A DNA stretch of 55,837 nt, counting the filler, from Jimgerdemannia flammicorona (Eukaryota), in the NCBI GenBank assembly GCA_003990765.1. It is 3 parts of 3 records of this genome, joined end to end, with 100 filler letters (N's around TTAATTAATTAA, not from the genome) between each part and the next. Parts side by side here need not be neighbours in the genome. Positions count along the whole stretch, not along the records: positions 1 to 18,549 come from RBNJ01002182.1; positions 18,650 to 37,197 come from RBNJ01002183.1; 1 more part is not named here. One strand, given 5' to 3'. The position numbers and the translations under genes were made by a program. The notes under the pieces were generated by a model. That model worked only from the letters and a program-made list of their open reading frames with translations, was not told the DNA's origin and did no database searches. This document shows positions 12,911-24,289 of the stretch, piece by piece (position 1 is the first letter of the stretch; the number at the start of each line of letters is the position of its first letter).

Positions 12911-15900
12911 CCTTTTCTCTGCTGGCTATTTACTAAATTGCAAAGCATACAATCTTCGCAAGCTTAGTTGTGACATTAGCTTCCGCGAGACACCCGAAAG
13001 TATCGGTGCCACAATTTCTGTGCGCAATTCATGTAAATGATGTTCTTAACCCCACTTGTCTTCGCTCTACGACATCATGAACAATCCCCCCTCCATGGCT
13101 GTAAGGATCCGATAAGACAGTTCAAGATTCTAAAGCACAGAAACTCGGTTGTTTCTGGCGATTCGAACTCCAACGGCCCGGATTGGTGGCTGTCTCATTT
13201 AGAATCTGCAATTGTTGCATATTAACCCGAGGTTGGCGAAGTAAGCTTGTGTCGTCATACCAAGTTTTAGAGCGACACGAGGGTAGAAGTTATTATAATC
13301 TGAAAATGAAACGATCGAGTGTAGAAGATCGATTCTCCACGAATTGTGTAACGTCTTTATATAAACCCGACACAACGGATGAATGACAAACTCCTAAATG
13401 CAGCTACCAGCTGAGGGCGAGAAAGGTGTTCAACCCAATAAACTCGGTATTCAAACAAAAACCTATATATTCTTGTTTATTAACAATGGATATGAACTTA
13501 TATACCTCGAGTCATTCAAAAGAACAAATATGGCGTGACCGATATTTCCTTTCGCCACATCTCCTTATAAGCGCTGTCCATATTGGTTCATCGTAACCAA
13601 GAATGTTTACTGCGTAGAGAGTGTAGGCTTCAGCATCTGAACTTGTGCAACACCCGGTTGTGGTAATTGTGCGTATTTGCACTGGGTAGAACTGGATTTT
13701 ACGCCACCTCTCAAAAAACAGATCGATCGGGTCTGTGCGAGATCGAAGTTCCTGGGTTCACGGGTCTTGAGAAAGCGAGATGGCCTGTTTCCGAATGAAT
13801 GAATGAATTAATAAACCTGAATGTAATTAATGAATTAACTCTAATTAATGAATTAAAAAAGCAACTGTCTTAGGCATAGCCCTACACACACCGTGAAGAA
13901 CACTGTCTCGGACCCTGAATAAGCCCACTTCTCGGGTTCTATTTCCCAGCCGAGCGGTGTCACCAGCGCATGTGGGTCCCAAACTGACTTTGACGCAAGT
14001 ATTCTTTTTCGAGGATACCCACGCGTCTGTTTTGGATCGGACCATCCCTGAAGTTTTGCTTTTCGCGGAAATTATTGAAGCCACAGGCAAGCCTATAGAT
14101 AATGCACACCAGAGCCACACTGCCGTTTCTGATACTGCCCTCCTCCCAGCAGTATTAAACGCGCTCCAACATCTGTCATGAAGAAACGATTTGCGTCGTG
14201 TTCCTGTTGTATGGTCGCACCGGAATACTTACGTTTCCATTCGTACTGCGTAAAGGAGCGTATTTAGAGTGCAAAGTCGTTACACTGTCATTTAGAGTTA
14301 CGATTTTTAAGGTCAATATGCATAGCCGGAACTAACCAAAGATCATCGGCAATGAATTCCCAGATAGCGTGGGTACTTTTTTGGTTGGGCTTGGCCAAAA
14401 GCACGCTTTTCACTACTATTTTTTGGGTATTGTCAGCCATGGCGTTAAAATTTGTATAATCTGAAATTCCAGGAATAAAAACGTCATGCTATTTCAAGAC
14501 ACATGACTGCAGAAGACTCAAACAGTTCCTGCCATTTACACATTCAGGTAACTCGGAAGAAGCGCAATGACCGTGGGCAGTGACAAACGACGCTTCAGAA
14601 TGCCACCATGTGTATAACAAGTGACATCATGAGTAACGACGACAGCCAAACTCGGACAGACAAACAAAAACAAGGCAACGGGGATTCCGTTACGTTTACA
14701 AAACAAATCTAATAACTATAAGATGACAGCGGAGCGGTTGTATGCGGAAGTCACGACACACAATGTGTTACAGATTGTCACACGCTTGGCACTTGGATTT
14801 GTTAATGAGTCGAAACTGAAAAACAAGCTCACTTTTTTTTGTTCGGTGTAGGGCATATGGCATGCAGTTATGTGCATCCCTCTCAAGAAAGGCTCCGACT
14901 ATGAATTTGAAACTACTCTCACGGCCAGAGAGATTTATCGGGTCATCCGAAATAGAAGTAACCTTACGGGGCGGCACTAGTGCCATAATCTCTGTCTCCT
15001 TCAAAACATATCGCACAAAGCCATGAGCACTTGTACATACAACCACAGTTCTGTCATGCAGAACGGAACCAATGTCACTCCCTTTACAATTCCACAGAAA
15101 GCTGGGATGATTTATCTGCTTTCTTTAATTAAACGGAAAATTATACGACACGGAGTGTATCGCCGGTTTCCCTGACCATGTTTAAACTTTTCCGGGTATC
15201 ACGTTTAGGAGTTCCGATCGGAAGTTAAGGGCAGCCAAGAATGAATATCGATGGGGCTGAACGCTTCCTACCTATCGCTATTTTGACATCTATATTACAA
15301 TTAATACCCACCTTCGCACCATACCCATCCCCTTTCATCTTTTTGATAATGTCCATTCAACCACGTAAGCAAGACACTGGTGTGTAGAGAAGTTGTAACC
15401 CTTTTCGTATAAATTAATGACTTGGCGTGACCGGTGACGCCTTCACAGGACAGTGAGGTGGAGTAGTGCGGAGATATGGTAAATTTAATGAAGTAAACAA
15501 ATTTCCGGTTGTCATATCGAGAAACAGAGTGGTCTTAATGTAATTAAACGTGATCCTGATTTGCGCAAGAGTTTGTCGTTTGCCCAAAATCCTCTGATCC
15601 AAGGCCCAGTTCACGTCGTCGAATTTTGAAACGCGAGAAACGAAATATGAGATATTTGCTTTCAAACACCAAAATCCCGGAGGTGACGTCATAGCCGAGG
15701 CGCCAAGCTACACACACCGATTTGATCGTATTATCAAGTTACGCATAATAATACGACATTCGACATCCATTTGTCGTTACTACTGGGAGTCGTAAAGCGT
15801 AGAAAGCATTATTCGTCGATATTTGCAAGAGAAATGATTCCGCATATCATCATCAGCGTTCCACATAGTTCGTACTCATCGTATGAGTCAAATGTATATC

Positions 15901-16799
15901 CAAATTCACAGCTGTGATAAAAACTAGTCGTATTGAACGGGTGACAGACATTTATTCCAATGTTCTCTTCTCACCGGAACCACCGTTGAGTCCGAAGAAG
16001 AAAATAAACAGCCCTGACGGATCGCGTAAAAGCAACCTGTACGCATACTAACCACTGAATGGTGGCTGAAGAGAGTGGTGGAACTGAGGGGTGGTAGCTG
16101 GGTTCTGCTGATGAAGAGGGTCTGGGAGATAAGGTGCTCACCAAGAGGGGCTACCGGGGATCTACTATCCTTGGTTGGGCTTCAAAATAGTGGACATATG
16201 AGGTTTAAGGGCTTCTGGTGGGAGTAGTTGATAGGGCTCACTGCATCAGAATTTGCTGGCAGGGGGATGAAGGAGAGGTGCCTTGGGGCCCAGGTGGGAT
16301 TGAGTGTTGCTGGGGGGCACCCTCCTTATAGACTTTGATATTGAGGATGGAGTCAAGTACCAAAGGAGGATGGAACAAGATGTATGGCCTCAAGGTTGGC
16401 AGATAGTGAATATTGAAGAGGAGTGGAACTGGAATGGAGTCTGGGCCTGGAGTGTAGAGATGAGATAATGAGTGCTGCCCAAGTACTGGGTGGTTTGGTG
16501 ATACATGCTGCAGAGGAATATCATACTCAACTTTCACTCAGACCACCTTATGGAGGAGGGGAGCTTTGACTGTGAGGAGTGCTATAATGTAGGACAAGAA
16601 GGGAAGTTTGTGCAGATATCAGAATATTAGCTGAGAGAGTGTATAGTACTTAGCAATTTTTGGTTGGTAGTTGGGAATAGGTTGAGTGTGATATATAGGG
16701 AGGATAGTAAGAGGGGTCACTGGGAGAATCTGAGAGATAGATTGGTAGGGGGGGGTAGGGAAGGAGTGGCTCACTTTGGGTTGAGTATTGACTATATGG

Positions 16800-18305
16800 T
16801 GTCACGTAGTAGTCGCTGAGTCCTTCAAATATGCCAGATTCTCTTCAAGGTGTATCTCTTAGACTAACTCAAGTTGTTATAAGCAAGTTCTTATTGGAGT
16901 GCCTTCCCAAGGTCTTATAGTCCTCAAACTTCTTATCTTTAACTGTCTTGTTATCTCTTAGATTGCTTGTAAGGGATTGTGTGTAAGTGAACTGGAACTG
17001 ACTTTATTTCAGAGGAAATAAGGGAGGTATTTATACAAAATATGATTCAATGGTTGCTAAGATATAAAGCTAAATATAAATTCCAATAACTAAAACTACT
17101 GAGTTCCAGAGCTGGCATTATTTAGTACTACATCAAAATACCGGTGCTGGAACAATTTCGCGTCACCTCAGAATACCAGTGCTGGCATTATCCAGTGTTA
17201 CATGAGAATACCAGTGCTGGCATTATCCAGTGTAACAAAGAACTTTAGAGCAGAAAGTTCAGGACCATGGGGGCTTTATCATCATCATCATCACTGAAGG
17301 AGATGAGATCCGCGAATTCGTCATGCAGGTCACGCATCTCGCGTACTTCGGGTATGTTGCATGGGATGACGTCATCGCCGATGACGTCATCACGTTCGGC
17401 GGGGAAATCGGGGACAAGATTTGGAGCTCTCCAATCTATGAGGTTCTCTTCCACAAAATAGGGGACAAATGTGGGGTCTTGGGGGGATCTAACCCAGATG
17501 CTTGGGCCTTAGAATACTGAGATCAATCCTTGCAGGAATTGGTCTGGGTTGTCCTGAAGGATAGGGTGCCAGAAGTCTTCTACTTCTTCACTGTTGAGGG
17601 TGATGGTGGACTGGGCTTCTGTAGCTACCCTGGCTTCTAGTGCATTGATGCAGCAGGATGACAGGTCTCTGAAGTCTGAGACTCTAACATACTCCAAGTT
17701 GGGGATCGACCATGGTGCATGCCTGAAGATCTGATGGATCTTCTTTGCTGTCCTTGCCTCACATAGGTCTATGGGGGTGGCATCTTGTAGCTCTTGAGGG
17801 CTGGCCTGTGGGAACTCCCAGCAGAGGAGGTTTCCTATTTCATACTCCTGCCATATTTGGAGGCATTCGGTAGTGATGGTGATTCTTGTTTCCATTTCAC
17901 GGTGGTAGAGGATAAAGTGATAAGGGTCTGCAGTACCCAGGTTGACGCTAGGAGTCCTTCTTGAGTGGGTCCTCATGGCTCTTCTAATGTCTTGAAACAT
18001 CCTTTCCTCGACTGAGATACCTTGATGATTCCTTGACCTTGAGGTTTGGCGGGCAGCAGGCATTTTGTTTGTGGTAAGTCTTTGAGCTATTTTGGGATTA
18101 GGGTTCTTGTTGGCTGCTGCTACTGCAGTTCCTTGATCCTTCTTTTATATTCTTCAGGATGCTTGTGCTGTGGTTACAATGACTCACAGTTGGTCATCGT
18201 TGCTCATCTCGCATGCTGTATGATCTTCTTGTACTCTGATTCTTGTGGCTTGTAAAGAAAGGCTGTCTCCTGTGCTGATATCATCATTCTGGGGTCACCG
18301 TTACA
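16800..18305 (-). mobile_element. Solo LTR (1506 bp) with 4-bp target-site duplication ATGG
   Basis: Termini TGTCAC...GTTACA; ATGG at 16796-16799 and 18306-18309; removal restores LINE sequence GACTATATGGATAGAG (cf. 55501 GACTATTTGGATTGAG); minus-strand TATAAATA (17035-17028) and AATAAA (17008-17003). Confidence 0.88.
17245..18063 (-). pseudogene. LTR-embedded accessory ORF, 272 codons with one internal TAA
   Basis: Track ORFs 17509-18063 and 17245-17454 are in frame with no other stop between them; homologous to 39613-38630. Confidence 0.75.
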
Positions 18306-18549
18306 ATGGATAGAGATAGGGCTAGTGGGTCATTGGCTGTTTGTGTTTGAGGAAGGGAAGCATTTGAGTCTGGGGGAGCAGTTGTTGAAGTGGGAAGGGT
18401 TGATAGAAGATATCTTGATAGGCTGGTGGCTGGGATGGAGTCTGTAGGATAGTCAGTAACACTGTTTGGTAGAGAAAATTTATAGGCAAAGTGAGGGGAC
18501 AGTTGGAGTGATAGATGGTAAAATAGTATTCAAATATGAGAGTATAGGG

Positions 18550-18649
18550 NNNNNNNNNNNNNNNNNNNNNNNNNNNNNNNNNNNNNNNNNNNNTTAATTA
18601 ATTAANNNNNNNNNNNNNNNNNNNNNNNNNNNNNNNNNNNNNNNNNNNN
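18550..18649. other. Artificial contig spacer
   Basis: 44 N + TTAATTAATTAA (stops in all six frames) + 44 N. Confidence 0.97.
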
Positions 18650-18729
18650 TAAAAAAAATAAAACTTGTAATTCCTTTGGATATATTTATAATTTATTTAA
18701 TATAAATGTAAAATTTTTAAAATATAGGC

Positions 18730-21700
18730 AGAAATATAAAATACATAGTATGGTGAGGTGTGGGCATGAGTCAATGAGAAAGCATAAGGAATCATCAGAA
18801 ATATCTGGTAATACCTACGCACTGCCAAGGTGATCTCAATCTAGTTTCAATATTGGCAATAATTGGTAAGTCCCAACACTATAGAGCTTCAAAGGAGATC
18901 AGTGTAGTCCTTAATGTCTAGCTGAGAAAAATCAGGATACCATGTTTGCAGGACTTGTTCAAACAGATAAGCCAATATGGGTAGGTTATGTATTTCAAGT
19001 GTTCATAGTTTTGGAAGAGTGAAGCTATAGTCATAATAGGCTTGGGTGCTTGATAGGTGAGTAAATGTATTGATCCTCCTCAAGGTGAGGGTCTCGAGTG
19101 ACTTGAGAAGATCTTTAAGTATTCTACTATATTCAAAAAATGGAAAGGTATCATTATAGCTCCTGACTATTTTGAGGGTTTAAGTCATGGTTTGGTCCAG
19201 GGTCAGTCAAGTTAAGCATCTTGTGATTTTAAAAAAAATTGATTGAAAAATGTTCAAATAAGGTTTTTGCAATTGAAGAGGTCAATTTCAATGTGATAGA
19301 TAGACATAACAAATAGCTCCTTTCTCTGCTACCTTACTGGTCACAAGGTTTGGTAGGTGACCTTCCAAGTCCCCTTTTCCCTATTATTACCCCCTCTACC
19401 TTGGGTTGGTTTGCTGTGCCTGCAGGGGCATGGTGGGAGGAGAGCAATGGTGATGAGTTGTCCCTTTATCAGTGTCGAATCAGTACTTCCTCCACTTTTT
19501 TGCAGATTCCGGTGTCTTCAGCTGCATCTGGGGTATACCCATTTTGGTGCAGTACCTTCTTCCTTTTGCCATCACCAACAAGGAGTTGTCTCAGTATATC
19601 TTGGGCTACATAGGGAGTCAGCTGACCTTAGATATCAAGTGCTCAGTATAGGTTACCTGCAGGTCCTCAGTACCTATGGTGGGGCCCTCTGGCTTGGGCA
19701 AGCTTTTCGGTGAGTGTGGTTCTAGTGTAGGTGGCTGTTTTTCGGGTATTGTCAGGATGGGAGGGGAGATGGTCATCACAGATAGGAGGAAGGGCATTAA
19801 CAGTGAACCAGTAGGGTGCCAGGCTGGGGGCGGTTGTCGGGGCTGGGGCAGGTACTGCTTCAGTGGGGCCTTTTGATTGGTGCGGTGTGGTTAGGTAGTA
19901 GGTGTCACTCTTGACTTCTTTTGGTGGTCAGCAGGGTTGGGCCCCAGTCACCAGGGGGGGTTGGGGGGCCTGAGGCTACCCATTTCAGGCATCTTGGCTG
20001 CACTCAACTAGAACCAGGAGCTGACATGGCAACATGATTGAGGCCCATAGGTTTGAGTAGTGGAGTATTGGGGGTTTCCTCCTACCTCATGTATAAGTCC
20101 TTTACTTACCTCAACTGGGAGAACCAGGTCCTACCCACTGTGTTGTGCTTGATGAGGGTTTTTCTTTGCCTGTCATTCTCTTTGGGGTGGCAGGGGCTAT
20201 TCTATTTGGCTCAGGTATGGCCTTGTATATATGTTGGGTTCTCAGGTGTGTGCTTTTGGTCATTGGCATATGGTTGGGTTTCCCCTGGTAGTAGGGAGAG
20301 CATGGTGTGCAGAATGAGGTACAGGCCAACATAGGCTCTGCTATGCTTGACATGGTCAAGCTGCTGGACAATAGCTAGCCTAGGTTAATAGGGGGGCAGT
20401 GCTTGGTGGGTGGTGGGGGAGGGTTTTGGCCAATATAGTCTGGGTTCTCTTCCAATAAAAATCTGCAGGACATGAGTCCATTAAAAAAAAAAAAAAAAAG
20501 ATGGACATGACAAAGTCAAGCATGGGATCTATTTTGCCATTCACTTTAAGACTCGTAATGTAGCTGATACAGTTGATGCTGCCATGTGGCACTCTTTTAT
20601 GCTTAAGATTCAATGAGACCAAGAGGTGCTCTCAGACTTCTAATGCTTCTTGGTGATATCACTTAATGAAAATTGGATATTCTCCTAGAGTAGCGGAAAG
20701 GTGGTAGCATCCCAGCTATATGAGATAAGTGAGCAGTTGAATATGTCAGCACAGGAAACATGGTTGTGGATGATGTCTCCTTGGTCAAGTTCATGGAAGA
20801 ATGTTGTGAGTGTTTCAATGAGTAGAGGTGAAGCTACCATGATAAGAAGATGGTTTACAGAAAGACAACCTGGTCTATAATTCACAAGTCATGTTCACAT
20901 CATCTCAACACTATTACTTTTATTGTCAAATGCTTAAAAATTATTAAATATATAATTTTTAATATGGCAGATTTTGACAATGACCTGCTATATAATTTTT
21001 TGATATAAATTAGGCTTGGTAAAAACACTTTGTCCGAAAAAGAAAGAATTATTAGGTATCTCATTATCATAGTAATTAAGGTTAATTCAATGGCTCATAT
21101 AAGGATTTTAACTAGAAGAATTAAAAGAATGGGAGATTGTTTTTATTGATACTCTAGTATCATATAAATATTGATGATGTTTCTATTGATGACATTTCCA
21201 TCTAAGCATAAGTCACTCAAGAAATTTCCATCACTCGAGTTATACTTTCAACAGAGAGATGACAACATTTCTTTCATTCATGTATATAGCTGCTCATGTA
21301 TGACCTCTTCTATTTATGTTTATTTTATTTATGGTTCAATATGAATTTTGTCTTAATGAGATATTTATTTGAAATTATTCTACAAAGAACTTTCCTTCAG
21401 GGTGAACATCCAATATTGCAAGTATTTTTAAAAAAATAATGGAGTATTATTGATTAACATTGCGAAAAGATTACATTTTACTCTGTCTCATTCAGAAAAT
21501 GGTAAACACTTGGGATTAAGGAAGGAAGGCATAGACCCCTGTTTATTGTTATTGTTTGCAATAGTGTGATTCAGATAATTATGTTAAAATATAGTGATGG
21601 TATTCTGTGATATTATTGTATTATTTATTTTGGTTGTGCCAAATTTGAAATTATGATAAAAGGATTAGATCTAAGGCAACAATATTGTTAGTGAATTCTA

Positions 21701-22125
21701 TAATTGAAGCATCATAGGGATACAAGGAGAGTCTGTAAAGCAACCTGTGCATAGAATACTTAGATACTCTATTTCCTTGTAAATGTATGCCAATTTGAAA
21801 ATTTTAAAGACTGATATTTATTATACTCTTAACAGCCACTATTTATATATGATTTCCTAATTCAATTTTCGTATATAAGTACTTCCTACATAAGTCCGCA
21901 TAGAAATCTCCTGATATTTCTTTGTGAGGTATACACAACCTGAAACCCTTTGATTTTGGAAGGTAACAAATTCAGTATATATACCATTTCAGAAATAATG
22001 ACAAATTGAAATTTCTGTGGCTTTGCTTACATAAATAAATATGGCTTTTGAGGCCATATAGTGGGGAAGGGTCAGTAATTTTCCAAAATCTCTTATAAGA
22101 GATGTAAAGGAATTTTTGTATATGC
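18730..22125 (-). pseudogene. Probable F-box / leucine-rich-repeat (RNI-like) pseudogene split by a retroposon
   Basis: Manual minus-strand translation: TKIPLHLL*EILE (F-box-like, ~22120-22081), LLKSLETLTLRRI, LPKL*TLEIHNL, FLIDSCPHLTIL; many stops; motif-level evidence only. Confidence 0.45.
19314..20499 (+). mobile_element. Poly(A) retroposon family B, copy 1 (probable LINE 3' region)
   Basis: AATAAA ~20454, poly(A) 20483-20499; 15-bp TSD GATAGACATAACAAA (19299-19313) / GATGGACATGACAAA (20500-20514); WENQVLPT and PLC..FFFAC remnants resemble a LINE C-terminal zinc-binding region. Confidence 0.8.
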
Positions 22126-22974
22126 TTACCATATATCTTTTTTATTTGTCATAAATATAGATTAAATAAATCTTTTAAATATTTGAATATAAATTATAAA
22201 TAAAAATATATAATAATTTCAATTAGCCAAACTCATATAAGCATTTATATAATTATCAAATTCCTATTTTTATTTTATTTTATTTTTTATAAAAAATAAA
22301 ATAAAAAAAAAATATAAAAATAAATTATAATTTAATAGACTACTTTATATTATAATATAAATAACTTCAAATCCTTAATATTTGCTCTTAAAGTAATAAA
22401 AAAATTAAATATATTTAATATATATTAATATTACTATATTTATAAAGTATGCTTTGTTAAAAAAAATACCAATATAATAATATTAAAAGAGTTTAAATAA
22501 TTTAAATTAAATAAGTATTATATTTTATATAAATAATATTTCCTTTCAAATTTTATTAAAAGTAATTATATTTACTTATTTTTATTCTTAGTTATATAAT
22601 TAGAAAAAAAATTATATTTAGTTTTGATCTATATTTTATTAATACTTCTAAGCTTATTTTCAGTTTTTTTTTTAAAAAAATAACCAAATCTTTTATTATA
22701 TAGATATTATAATAAACTAGTTAATATATTTCTCTAAAGAATTAGTATTTTATTTTTATAATTACTATATAGAAATAATACTAATAATTTAATATATTTT
22801 AATTATAATTTTAGTTATATACTCTTTCTATTATATTATTTTATAAATATCTAATAATATAGATTTTCTAAATATAGATATTCTTTAAAGTAAATTATAT
22901 AATATAAATATAATTTAAATAGTAAGAATAATATTATATATTAAAATTTTTATTTCTAATATAATATAGTAGAT

Positions 22975-23329
22975 ACCTAATCTCAGAAGTATAGCAGATT
23001 TCTGTATTTTAGAAACTTGATCTTGTTCTGACTCTTATAGAGTTCTCAGAGTACAGAGGTGTAAGTTTGAAGTATATTTGCCTACAAACTTACTAGTTTC
23101 TTACTTTTTCTTTACTTTGAACTATTTTAATCTAAGGTTTATTTACACTAGATATTAGAATATTTATAGCAATAAAGTGGCTAAGTTATGACTATATTTT
23201 TTATAAGTCACTTTTCACAAGTATTGAATCTTTTGATATCTACTAAGATTTTAATATTTATAAGAATTTCAACATTTGCAGAATCTTAGCAATTGTTAAT
23301 GTTTTTATATTTATTGAATAACTAGCTAT
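22975..23329 (-). repeat. Older decayed LTR related to Gypsy G2 (target of the G2 insertion)
   Basis: Colinear with 23345-23700 but more A/T-shifted. Confidence 0.75.
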
Positions 23330-23791
23330 TGTAACATAGCAAACACTTAACCTTGGAAGTATATCAGATTTCTGTATCTTGAAAACTTAATCTTCTTTGA
23401 CTCTACAGAGTTCTTGGATGCAGTGGTGGGTGAGTTTGAAGTGTATCTGCCTGCAGGCTTACTAGTTCCTTGCTTTCTCTTTGTTTTAAACTATTTCGAT
23501 CTGAGGTTTATTCACTCTAAAATACTGGGTTATTTATACAAGTTTGTTAGCTATAAGATGGCTAAGTAATGAGTCATTTTGCAAGTATTAGATCTTTTAA
23601 CATCTGCTAGAATTCTACTGATTGCCAACTTTCTAACATCTCCTGAATCTTTGCAAACATTAAAGTTTCTGTACTTTGCAGAATATAACTGCTATTTGTA
23701 TGGCTATACTATATTGGAAATTGGGTTCAGGTACCATGATCAAATGTCTAATTCCCCTGATTCATGTTACTAATTTGGATCAACCATCACA
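23330..23791 (-). repeat. G2 3' LTR
   Basis: Direct repeat of 29572-30011; TG...CA termini; follows the PPT. Confidence 0.92.
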
Positions 23792-23832
23792 ACTTCCTTC
23801 TGAATAGGTGATTTATCTCTGAAATATCCTAT

Positions 23833-24198
23833 TCACTTGAACTCCCAGGCTTCTACAATTTGTATCTCCTTGTACTGTGTAATTTATGCTATTACATTCT
23901 TCCAGTATTGTCTCCTGATATATCCAAATTCTCCTGGAATTACTTCTTGGAAATGAGTTAGAGCTGGCTCATCATCCTTGAATAACTTGTATACTCTTTT
24001 GGCGATCATTATCTGAGTGTAGGAGAGCTGACATTCTCTGATCCAGTCTTCTTTTCTCATTTTTGGCTTTGAATTCAGTAGTTGTCCTAGTCTGAAGTAT
24101 TTCTGAAACTCGGTTCAGTTCTGGTAGGCCTTGAAGTGTGAAATTTGTAACAAGTGGGTCTGGACTATACTCTGGATGCTATTAAAGTATTCCTCCAT
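23833..24198 (-). pseudogene. G2 extra ORF3 downstream of integrase (~121 codons, two internal stops)
   Basis: MEEYFNSIQSIVQTHLLQISHFKAYQN*TEFQKYFRLGQLLNSKPKMRKEDWIRECQLSYTQIMIAKRVYKLFKDDEPALTHFQEVIPGEFGYIRRQYW... Confidence 0.65.
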
Positions 24199-24289
24199 TA
24201 TAAGTGGCTCAGCAGAACACCACTGTCTTTCTATGGCTCATTGGGTGGCACTTGTGATCTTGAGGGCAGCTGCATTACTTCATTGACTG

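Larger units (their letters stand above)
16061..18549 (+). mobile_element. LINE family A, copy 3 (3' part of ORF2), interrupted by a solo LTR
   Basis: Colinear with 54760-55730, including FDCEEC; homology resumes at 18306 after the insert. Confidence 0.88.

Noticed and set aside
13793..13860. GAAT/TAATGAATTAA repeats
   Set aside because: Short low-complexity microsatellite-like tract with no further structure.
13000..16060. Short ORFs (60-92 aa) in the unique island
   Set aside because: No recognisable motifs or convincing exon chain; treated as upstream/intergenic DNA, though a small gene or ncRNA cannot be excluded.
18594..18605. TTAATTAATTAA palindrome
   Set aside because: Synthetic six-frame stop linker inside N runs.
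23833..24198. env or chromodomain identity for ORF3
   Set aside because: No signal peptide, transmembrane segment or chromodomain YLVKW-type motif visible.
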